NCBI GenBank assembly: GCA_002269645.1
Contig: NIVC01001344.1
Coordinates: 172,908-236,907 of the forward strand
Direction of reading: 5' to 3'
Length of the DNA stretch: 64,000 nucleotides
DNA from: Macrostomum lignano
Lineage: Eukaryota
Shown here: positions 1 through 14,491 of the stretch, one piece after another
How positions within the stretch are numbered: position 1 is the stretch's first letter
Layout of the letters: every line of letters begins with the position of its first letter
Notes under the pieces: generated by a model
Seen by the model: only the letters and a program-made list of their open reading frames with translations
What the model was told of the DNA's origin: nothing
Databases searched by the model: none
Position numbers and translations under genes: made by a program

Positions 1-186
1 CCCTGTCACTCTCCCACCCTGTCACTCTCCCACCCTGTCACTCTCCCACCCGGTCACTCTCCCACCCTGTCACTCTCCCACCCTGTCACTCTCCCACCCT
101 GTCACTCTCCCACCCTGTCACTCTCCCACCCTGTCACTCTCCCACCCTGTCACTCTCCCACCCTGTCACTCTCCCACCCTGTCACT
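1..186. repeat. 16-bp tandem repeat (CCCTGTCACTCTCCCA)n, runs off the window start
   Basis: About 11 near-perfect copies read directly. Confidence 0.95.
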
Positions 187-669
187 CCGGTTGATGATTT
201 CGTCTGCTATGTTCCCGATCTTGTTCTGGAGAAAAGAGAGAGGTAAGAAAGGAAGAGGTAGAGAGAAAGGAAGAGAGGTAAGGAGGAAGGGGGAAATTAG
301 AATATAGAAGAGAAGAGCGGAGAAAGGAGAGGAGAGGAGAGGAGAGAGGAGAGGATAGAGAGAAGAGAGGAGAGAGGAGAGGAGAAAGAGAGGAGAGACA
401 TGGAGAAGACACTAAGAAGGGATCGAAGAAAATCCGGAAGGAATTTGGATGGGATGGGATGACTTCAAACGCGAGAAGCAAACTCCCATTCATTCAAGTA
501 CTTTATTCCCTTCTCAACTTCAGCAATTTTTAACAATAAAAATCAATACAATAAATTCCAAATCATCCCAAAATCATCCCGATTTCACCCCAACAACAAA
601 CAGCGGATGCAGTCGAGATGACAGCATGGCATGAACTCAACATATCTGAGTGATTGACCGCCTCAGCCA

Positions 670-1689
670 ATGACAGGAGGGCATCATAGCCCAGCTTATC
701 CGAGCTCAGCTTCCCATTGGCGGGAGATGAGGCGGGGCTCAGTGAGACAAAGACTATATAACCAGCCTGCGCTGCTGGCCTCGAATCTCTCAAAGCATTC
801 GCTTGCCATCCAACTGCTGCTCGTCAATAACTCTGCACAATCGGTCATGCAGCCGCCAAGCTCATCACCGCTGCTGGCCTCGCTGAGGTCCCCGCAGATG
901 TCCTCGCTGACGTCCTCGCCTATGGCCTCGCTGACGGGCTCAATGAACTGCTCGCTGACGTCCCGATGCCTCTTGAAGCCATCGAGCTCATCACCACTGA
1001 TGGCCTCGTTGATGTCCGGATTCTTCCCCACGCCGATGTCTCCGACAATGCTGATGCCTCCGACGATGCCGATGTCTCCGACAATGCCGATACCTCCGAC
1101 AATGCCGATGCCTCCGACAATGCCGATACCTCCGACAATGCTGAAGCCTCCGACAATGCCGATGCCTCCGACAATGCCGATGTCTCCGACAATGCCGATG
1201 TCTCCGACAATGCCGATGCCTCCGACAATGCCGAAGCCTCCGACAATGCCGATGCCTCCGACAATGCCGATGCCTCCGACATCCCAGCTGCCTCCGCCAG
1301 CGTCAACGCCGATGCCGTTCCCGGTGCCATCGCCGACGCCGCGAAGCTGCGGTTCAAAGCGCGGCTCCCTGACCTGCTGCCTGCCTCGCTGCTCCGGGAC
1401 GGTGGCGGCCAGCGTGGCGCGGCTGCAGCGCCACATCGCTCGCCACGTTGACGTCGACGGGAACTGCGAGCTCTGCGCCGACTGCTCCGTGCTGCTGCCG
1501 CCGCTGCGGCCGATTCGGCCGACGCCGAAGCTGTCAGAACGGCAGCGTCACGTGATCAGTCACGTGAACCAGCAGCTGCTCTTAGCCGGTGTCAGGCGCT
1601 CCTTCGGCTGCGGCAGCTGCGGCAGGGTCTTCATTCGGGCCGGCAGCGCCAGGAAGCACAACCTGGTGTGCAGGCGGGCTCGAGCATGA
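670..1689 (+). CDS. Zinc-finger protein (339 aa) with an 18-bp Pro/Met/Thr repeat and three C-terminal C2H2/C2HC-like fingers
   Basis: The C-terminus has CLPRC-x13-HIARH, CADC-x21-HVISH and CGSC-x12-HNLVC. Codons look GC3-rich in this frame. An acceptor-like TTGACCGCCTCAG lies just before the ATG. Confidence 0.65.
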   Translation: MTGGHHSPAYPSSASHWREMRRGSVRQRLYNQPALLASNLSKHSLAIQLLLVNNSAQSVMQPPSSSPLLASLRSPQMSSLTSSPMASLTGSMNCSLTSRCLLKPSSSSPLMASLMSGFFPTPMSPTMLMPPTMPMSPTMPIPPTMPMPPTMPIPPTMLKPPTMPMPPTMPMSPTMPMSPTMPMPPTMPKPPTMPMPPTMPMPPTSQLPPPASTPMPFPVPSPTPRSCGSKRGSLTCCLPRCSGTVAASVARLQRHIARHVDVDGNCELCADCSVLLPPLRPIRPTPKLSERQRHVISHVNQQLLLAGVRRSFGCGSCGRVFIRAGSARKHNLVCRRARA

Positions 1690-2490
1690 GTTGGCTGTTT
1701 TTGTCTATTGCTTGTTTTTGTCTTTTGCTTGTTGTTCTTTTTTGCCGTTTGCTTGTTTTTGTCTTTAGCTTGTTTTTGTCTCTTGCTTGTTTCTTTTGTA
1801 ACTGTTGATTTTGCTGGCCCGCTTTTTCAATGTACAAAATACAAAACTTACAAAAATATTTTCCGCCGTTGTACAGACTGAGAAAAATATTTGTAAATCA
1901 TAGTTTAAGATTTTCTTTACTTTGCATTCATATTAGTAAAAGATGTGCGCAATTGACTACTTATAGAATCACTGCAGAAATCATGCTGAATATGAAATTA
2001 GTGAATTTATGGAAATGTATCCCCCACTTGCCCCGGGCGAACGTCTGTGGTCTCAGTGTAAATTTCATTTATTTGCATCGGTGCAAATAAACGGTTTATT
2101 TCACTCGCCCAAAGACAATATTAAAACGCTGTTTCTAACTGCTCACTTGGCTACATAGAGAGAATTGTCTGAAACATTCACCGCATGTCTGAATCTGCAG
2201 AATATGGTATAGAAATTCTGCTATAGACCATAGACATCGAATCATTTTTAATAAATTGTCTTAACATTCTCAAATGTGGAGCCCCCACACCCCCGCAAGG
2301 AGGCTAAGCGCCCCCTTGGCCCCGCTTTCCCTGTTACCATTTATTGATAGTTGCCCTACGTGTTGATTTCTCGAGTTTTGTGCCAGATGCAAGCTGTAGA
2401 CACGGCTGTGGGATGGCGATGGCAAGACAGTCTACGGTGCGATAAACATAAAGTTGTGGTTTCATTTATGAACAAAAAAGTAGCACTCAA

Positions 2491-2563
2491 TACCCCAGGA
2501 GGGACTCGAACCCTCAACCTCCGGATTAGAAGTCCGACGCGCTATCCATTGCGCCACTGGGGC
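2491..2563 (-). tRNA. tRNA-Arg(UCU), intronless, discriminator A
   Basis: Minus strand GCCCCAGTGGCGCAATGGATAGCGCGTCGGACTTCTAATCCGGAGGTTGAGGGTTCGAGTCCCTCCTGGGGTA is 73 nt and folds as a cloverleaf with anticodon TCT and A20. A T6 Pol III terminator lies at about 2474-2479. Confidence 0.96.
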
Positions 2564-3415
2564 TTCGGTAGTTGACAAGCGAGTTTTCAACTTTAATTCT
2601 GAATTGCTTTGCCTGCTGAAAGCGGAGACTTCAATGGTGAGTAGCAGAAAGTCTTGAGCAGCTGTTTCGCTATTAGACTCAGAAAAAAAAATTGAGTAAG
2701 TTGGAGTCAACTTTAGCGTGCTCAATAATTTGTTCACGAGTTGAAAGAGTCGGTTGGGCAACACCTCTGGTTCTGCAGAGCAGCTGTCGAGTTCGGAAAA
2801 AAAAATGTTTCTTCAAAAATTTTTGTTCAAGAATAGCTTACTATTATCTAGACTCGCTTATCTTAGATCTGCTAATGTCTGAATTGCGGCTTTGGAGAAG
2901 GGCTGGCACCCCAGGCTCTGGCTGCAGGCCTCCCTGCCCCATCCCAGCAACCGGCGCACCCAGTTCGGCTCGGCATCTCCGCTGGTTGCCAGGCGAATCG
3001 GCACAACTCGAACTGGGCTGTGCGAACACCTGGAGAGCTGAGTCGGCCTGAGCATCTCGCTGCATCATGGGCTGCTCCCAGGTGTCTCCAGCTGCTGCAC
3101 AGCGGACCGCACCGCTTCGGCTGTCGGTTGCCGGGCGGCGGCCCCACAGAGGTGCGAAACTCGAGGGCGAGACAGCTGGGGACTTCGGTGTGAAAGCGGG
3201 TTCAGAGCCACAACAATCCCGCTTGGAAACCGCTCACTCACTCATGAACGCATAACTTAAAAACTTCTGAACTGATTCACTCATGAACTCATTCATGAAC
3301 TCGCATGTCTAGTAATATTTCAGGAATTTAAAGTATGTAATCTGTTTTTTACCACAACTGACTGAAAACTTTAAAAACAAAAGTTCATTTATTTGTTGCA
3401 AAAATGAACTTAATA

Positions 3416-3488
3416 CACCCCAGGAGGGACTCGAACCCTCAACCTCCGGATTAGAAGTCCGACGCGCTATCCATTGCGCCACTGGGGC
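3416..3488 (-). tRNA. tRNA-Arg(UCU), second copy, discriminator G
   Basis: Identical to 2491-2563 except at base 73. T5 terminator at about 3400-3404. Confidence 0.95.
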
Positions 3489-3769
3489 TGGTGTTAATCC
3501 GTTCCCATTGCAGTATTTAAGATTTAACTGTGAATTTCAGTGAGCTCACACAGCAGGTGTTTAAAGTGGAAAGAAGTTTTCATGGCAGATTGAGAGCCTT
3601 GGGATTGGAGGGAGGGAGAGGGTCACAGATCTGCACTGAGAGATGACTGCCAAATGAACTTGAAATTGGTGAATTATCAATCAAAAATAGTTTCATCCCC
3701 TTTTTTCCAGTTCCCCCTTGCCTTTTCTCCCCTTTCCTGTGTCTACCGTCTCCTCGTCTCCTCTCTCCT

Positions 3770-4040
3770 CTCCCGTGTGTGCTGTCTCATGTCTACCATC
3801 TCCTCTCTGCTCTCCCGTGTGTGCTGTCTCATGTCTACCATTTCCTCTCCCGTGTGTGCTGTCTCATGTCTACCATCTCCTCTCTGCTCTCCCGTGTGTG
3901 CTGTCTCATGTCTACTATCTCCTCTCTGCTCTCCCGTGTGTGCTGTCTCATGTCTACTATCTCCTCTCTGCTCTCCCGTGTGTGCTGTCTCATGTCTACT
4001 ATCTCCTCTCTGCTCTCCCGTGTGTGCTGTCTCATGTCTG
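3770..4040. repeat. 42-bp minisatellite (CTCTCCCGTGTGTGCTGTCTCATGTCTACTATCTCCTCTCTG)n
   Basis: About 6 copies. Explains the shadow ORFs at 3654-4169. Confidence 0.9.
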
Positions 4041-4269
4041 CCACTCCTCTCTCTTTCCGTCTGCCAAAAAGTTAACGATTCAGCATTGCTGAGCTCTCAT
4101 TGGCTGCGGGGTGCCCGCCCGACCGTTCTACTTCCACTGAATACTCTTAAATCAAATAGGAAGAATTGAATAACGCTTAACGTGCTGATAAGTTGGGGTG
4201 CTGAGGCATCAGCAAATATTATTTTTTCAAATAGATGTTTCTTTCAAATTTTATCACATCTAGATTTAT

Positions 4270-5080
4270 ATTCCCACAGTTCACACAATCCCCACAGCTC
4301 ACACAATTCTCGCAGTTCACACCATCCCCACAGTTCACACCATCCCCACAGTTCACACCATCCCCACAGTTCACACCATCCCCACAGTTCACACCATCCC
4401 CACAGTTCACACCATCCCCACAGTTCACACCATCCCCACAGTTCACACCATCCCCACAGTTCACACAATCCCCACAGTTCACACAATTCTCACAGTTCAC
4501 ACGATTCCCACAGTTCACACAATTCTCACAGTTCACACGATTCCCACAGTTCACACAATTCTCACAGCTCACACAAATCTCTCAGTTCACACAAATCCCT
4601 CAGTTCACACGATTCCCACAGTTTACACAATTCTCACAGTTCACACAATTCTCACAGTTTACACAATACTCACAGTTCACACAATTCTCACAGTTCACAC
4701 GATTCCCACAGTTTACACAATTCTCACAGTTCACACAATCCCCACAGTTCACACAATTCTCACAGTTCACACAATCCCCACAGTTCACACAATTCTCACA
4801 GTTCACACAATTCCCATAGTTCACACAATTCTCACAGTTCACACAATCCCCACAGTTCACACAATTCTCACAGTTCACACAATTCCCATAGTTCACACAA
4901 TCCCCACAGTTCACACAATTCTCACAGTTCACACAATTCCCATAGTTCACACCATCCCCACAGTTCACACAATCCCCACAGTTCACACAATTCTCACAGT
5001 TCACACAATCCTCACAGTTCACACAATTCCCACAGTTCACACAATTCCCATAGTTCACACAATCCCCACAGTTCACACAA
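4270..5080. repeat. 18-bp minisatellite (CACAGTTCACACMATYCY)n
   Basis: Read directly. Produces the HSSHHP / CVNCGD shadow ORFs. Confidence 0.92.
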
Positions 5081-5199
5081 CGTATCAAGTCTCGTAATCT
5101 CACTCTATCAACACTCATATAATCTCACCGGATCAACTCTCACAATTTCACTCTATTAACTCTCACAATCTCACCCGATCAACTCTCAATCTCACCCGA

Positions 5200-6095
5200 T
5201 CAACTCCCATAATCTCACTCTATCAACTCTAAATCTCACTTTATCAACTCTCACAATCTTACTCTATCGAGTCTCACAATCTTACTCTATCGAGTCTCAC
5301 AATCTCACTCTATCGAGTCTCACAATCTTACTCTATCGAGTCTCACAATCTCACTCTATCGAGTCTCACAATCTTACTCTATCGAGTCTCACAATCTTAC
5401 TCTATCGAGTCTCACAATCTCACTCTATCGAGTCTCACAATCTTACTCTATCGAGTCTCACAATCTTACTCTATCGAGTCTCACAATCTCACTCTATCGA
5501 GTCTCACAATCTTACTCTATCGAGTCTCACAATCTCACTCTATCGAGTCTCACAATCTTACTCTATCGAGTCTCACAATCTTACTCTATCGAGTCTCACA
5601 ATCTTACTCTATCGAGTCTCACAATCTTACTCTATCGAGTCTCACAATCTTACTCTATCGAGTCTCACAATCTTACTCTATCGAGTCTCACAATCTTACT
5701 CTATCGAGTCTCACAATCTCACTCTATCGAGTCTCACAATCTTACTCTATCGAGTCTCACAATCTTACTCTATCGAGTCTCACAATCTTACTCTATCGAG
5801 TCTCACAATCTTACTCTATCGAGTCTCACAATCTCACTCTATCGAGTCTCACAATCTCACTCTATCGAGTCTCACAATCTTACTCTATCGAGTCTCACAA
5901 TCTCACTCTATCGAGTCTCACAATCTCACTCTATCGAGTCTCACAATCTCACTCTATCGAGTCTCACAATCTCACTCTATCGAGTCTCACAATCTTACTC
6001 TATCGAGTCTCACAATCTCACTCTATCGAGTCTCACAATCTCACTCTATCGAGTCTCACAATCTCACTCTATCGAGTCTCACAATCTCACTCAAT
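5200..6095. repeat. 23-bp minisatellite (GAGTCTCACAATCTYACTCTATC)n
   Basis: More than 30 near-identical copies with a 23-bp period. Confidence 0.95.
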
Positions 6096-6659
6096 CAGTC
6101 TCACTCTCACACACCGAACTTAAAATAAGCATCACTTTCTGTTGCAATAGTAGATCATATAAGCGGTAGAGAAATCAGCATTTCAAATCTCAAGCGATCG
6201 TGTTGTGGCTCTAAGCATCAATACGAGCCTAAGATTGTAAAACCCGCGATTTGTCAAAGCTTTGGTAGATGATTATTTGCCAATATAAGCTCTACAGGTT
6301 CTCAAGCGCTCGAAATGTCGGAAGCAGTTTGAAGAGTAAAAAACTCGAAACTCGCATTGGCAATGTTTGACCGTTTTGTGCTAGCGAGCTAGCAAGCAAG
6401 TCTTACATTTTCTAGGGGTCTATTTCTATAGTTTGAAAGCCGCGCACAAAATGTTGCATTGAGAAAGTCGAGCCCAAATGGCAGCAGAAAACACACTGAT
6501 GTGTGCGTTCAGTCTCTCTGTCGGTCCAAGTGCACACGTTTTAGACAAGACAGAGAAATAATATAGAAGAGCAGAGGGAATGCGGGAGAGGTACACAGAC
6601 ACACACACAGATTGCTGCATCACAAACTAATTCAGCTATTAAGTTTAGATAGGAAAAGG

Positions 6660-6670
6660 AGGCTATAAAG
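6660..6670 (+). promoter_or_regulatory. Candidate TATA box of the downstream polyQ gene
   Basis: GGCTATAAAG lies about 280 bp upstream of the ATG at 6940. A putative 45-nt 5'UTR intron follows at 6862-6906 (CAG|GTACAT...TTTCCAG). Confidence 0.35.
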
Positions 6671-6939
6671 CGACGCCCTCCATTCTCTCTCTCTCCCCTG
6701 ACTCAAGCCCAGCAACCCTGCATTCCAAGAGAGCTCTTCCTGCCGCCAGTGAGCAGTTCAACTTCACCCTTCACCTTCGCTTGCTCATATTCTAGTTTAA
6801 CCGCTTTGTTCACTTCTTGAAATTAATTCTAGACTAATTGCCTCCGCACTTCTGCTGGCAGGTACATTTGAGGCCTACAGATTTTTAACAAGGCCAAGTT
6901 TTCCAGGCTTAGCCGCTCTGCCTGTTTGGGCTTCGGGCC

Positions 6940-11318
<4,379 letters not shown>

Positions 11319-12366
11319 TGCTTCTGCTGATTTGATTTTTTGCCATTAAGATATTGCTAATATATATAGCTGCTGTGCAGGCACGCTATGGCCATTACAT
11401 GCACTGTTAAAAAGACATTCAACACCGTTCACTTCATGAGAATATATAAATAAAATTTATATAGCGCCTAAAATAATACTGCGCTGCAAAAGTACACCAC
11501 TGCGAAAATAAGAGCACCATTTTCGTCGTAATAAAGAGATATAACCCAACGCCTTTGTGGAGCTCATTAGCGTTTTTCATTTTCATTGCACATCTCAAAA
11601 AAGTCGACCGAACTACTTAATTTACTACAGGCTGCACATGTACATGTAAGCTGACTGACATTTACAGGGGTGTACTCGCAATATAGTGGACCCAATTGTG
11701 AGCGACTTATTAATTTATATAGTTGTCCTTCTAAAAGCAGCTGTAGCCTATGAAGTATTGTACATGTTGAAATTTATGTATATATGTACAAGCTACATGA
11801 TGTAGTACTTCAGCTAGGGTTTAAAAGTCTACAGGTTCGCGACAAGAATTACGCATGCAGTCGCCGTATAGGCCCTAGTGGGAAATCGGATTCAGGTTTT
11901 AGAATCATAATATTGAAGGCGTAGCAGCTACCATTGACAAGTTTTTGCAGTGAAACAGAAGCTCTGCGGCCTTAAACTGCATGCAACACGATTGAAAAAT
12001 GAAAAATGAACATGTCGAAGAAAAAAGCAAGGACGACTAAAACTGGGTAAAAATGGCCAATCACTGCCGTTGAAGACATCGGTTAAGCTGTGAATAATAG
12101 TTTGACTGAAACAATGTTGCTATTATGACAACAATATAAGTACTATATCCACTATTGTCACTTAACTTATCGGACTGAAAAAGTCCTGACCAACTCGTGC
12201 AATAATTATAAAGGCACCCTGAATATAAATAAAATTGAAAGATAATATATAATATAATTTATCTGCTTTGCTGAGAGTTTTTATAGGCTTCTCTGGATAA
12301 AAAATGAAGTTATTTACAAACTATTGGTTATATTAAGAGCTTCTCAAGTTAAAATATATTTTCATA

Positions 12367-12725
12367 GGGTCTCCCTAAAACACGCACCGCACCGCCCCGA
12401 ACCACTACACATTATAACATTTTTTGTCAATGCAGTATTTGATTGCAAAGAAAACTATTTGTTGTACGAGTAATGGAATAAATATCTTTAATTATTATTA
12501 TAAATATTGTTATTATTTTTTATATTCTCGTTTTCATTATTAAATTATATTATTAATAATATCACTTATTATTCACCGAATTTTATATTTCATAGTAAAA
12601 AACTTAATTTAATAAAAACTTTGAAGCTTAACAGAAAACGCATTTTAAAGTGTCTTCAGTTATAGTCCAATTTGTTTTAATGTGTAGCGCTGCAGGGCGG
12701 TGCGGGGCGTGTTTTAGGGAGACCC
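12367..12725. mobile_element. 359-bp MITE with ~45-bp TIRs (GGGTCTCCCTAAAACACGC...) and a 9-bp TSD ATTTTCATA; Mutator/MULE-like
   Basis: The TIRs at 12367 and 12725 are reverse complements. ATTTTCATA occurs at 12358-12366 and 12726-12734. Superfamily is inferred from TSD length only. Confidence 0.85.
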
Positions 12726-13366
12726 ATTTTCATAGAAACTTGATCTGCTTAGCTCAGCTCAAGCTCTAGCTCAGTAACCTCAGCATTCAGCAACCTGTCC
12801 TGTAGTTGGAAAGATTCGGAACGGGTTTAATTGGGAACAGGTTTTTATTTAAAGCAATTACATAGCCTACTGTAATCCATGTTAGGTCTTTAGGCAACTT
12901 TATTCGCTCATAATTACTGACTGTCTGCTGTCATTGACACTGACAGTGACAGTGGAATGTGTAGGCCCCCTAAAACTTTATAGATGGGTATTGGTTGTTC
13001 TCAAATTTCTTATGTAAAATTAAGCTAAGCACATATTTAATCTAAGTTCTTTGCTGCAAAAATATAAAAAATACATTGATTTGCAATTTTCCATTGGCAC
13101 TTTGGGAAATGGTCTTTAAGAAATCTTTGCCTAACATAAATAAAATAGCAAATCTAGACATTGGATATTCATAAAAATATTATATAAAAACTGAAAAAAT
13201 AAATCAAAATAACTTTGTTAGCCTTTTTAATGTGGAGCTTAGGCCTATGAGTTTTATTATATTTCAGATTAAAGTCAGGGATAGGTTTTGAAGAGAATCT
13301 AGAAAATTAAGTTTATTTTTACATCAATAATATACTATATAGATTGATAAAATGTCTTAAAAATAT

Positions 13367-14491
13367 GGCAATCCTTCAGATTCCCGCTCTAAATTATTTT
13401 GACCCCATTTTCAAACTTTTTAGACTCCCGAGGCAACGAAAATGAGTTATAGAGGTTAAAGAAGTTCAAGTTCAAGTTCGGACTACATGGGGTAGTAGTG
13501 CGTAATCCAGTAGAGGATATTGCCAAATTGCTGTTTGGGAAAAGCTTGGCGCCACATGAATTCTTGCAGGTATATGTTGAACAAATTTTCACTGGTCCCG
13601 TGCATAGCTCAAAATTTGGCTTTGCAATGGGTCTACATTCCCTTGATGGTTTTCATGTATGCTTCAGGGTTGTTAGGGTCCCTGAAGTGCAGCAAATGGT
13701 TGACCATTAGGTGGTTGGCCAACATGTTATACATGGCCCATTGGTCCATTATAATGTGTTCCTGGGAGCACAGTTTGGTTGATGATCGACAGTAGGCTGT
13801 TAGTGGATCTGTTGGGAACAGCAGCCATTGAGCATGCCCTGTCTTTTGACAAGACCAAGCACCCAATGACCTTCACAATACTGGCCCTGATGGTACTTGC
13901 GGTGCATAAACTTGCTCTTGTCTATTTCAACATTGACACCTAGGCCACCAAGCTGCATTAGGTGATCCACGAGGTACATTGCGCGGAAATATCGCAGATG
14001 AAGTTGAGCCAGTCAATGACTGCTTCCCATCCTATCTGCGCGTCATTCATGATATCTGTTGCCCACAGGTTCTTTGACCAGAAATACACAATGTCAATGA
14101 GTTGGAGCAGCAACAGATAGTTCCCTTCAAAGAAGGAGCCCTTCCAAATTGAGTAGTGGCACTTGTACTTTTTACAGGACCAGCGCCAGCCATCAATGGA
14201 GTCCATGCTAGCATGGCACTGGAGTGCCATGGCAACATTGCATGTGTCACGTTCTGCTATTAGCAAGCAGGTAGTGTCTTGCCATCCATTGCATGGCTTC
14301 GTCAATGTCTGGCACTAGTGCAACCAATTCTTGGTAGGTGACTTCAATGTCGCATAGCAGTATACTGTTGATGACTTCGGCAGCAGGCACGATAGATAGC
14401 GGCACTCTAGGTTGGCTAGCCATTCAGTCAGTAGCTGAAAAGTTCAAAAATAGGGTCAAAATAATTTAGAGAGGGAATCCAAAGGATTGCC
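13367..14491 (-). mobile_element. Merlin (IS1595/ISXO2-like) DNA transposon with a degenerate transposase
   Basis: ~50-bp TIRs starting GGCAATCC; 8-bp TSD AAAAATAT/AAAAATAC. Minus-strand fragments DGWRWSC..SIWKGSFF, VIDWLNFICDI, VEIDKSKF..RKYH, VNH..F.DP, AMHGTS are broken by stops and frameshifts. Confidence 0.88.

Noticed and set aside
2858-3200. In-frame TGA-TGC (SSP*CSEM) as possible selenocysteine
   Set aside because: No selenoprotein fold motif, no start codon and no SECIS identified.
3654-5159. Long ORFs with HSSHHP, CVNCGD and SRVCCL repeats
   Set aside because: Stop-free translations of 42-bp and 18-bp minisatellites in several frames; no unique coding flanks.
5200-6095. CRISPR-like regular arrays (also 41575-42303 and 27320-27690)
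   Set aside because: Head-to-tail repeats without unique spacers, no cas genes, eukaryotic context.
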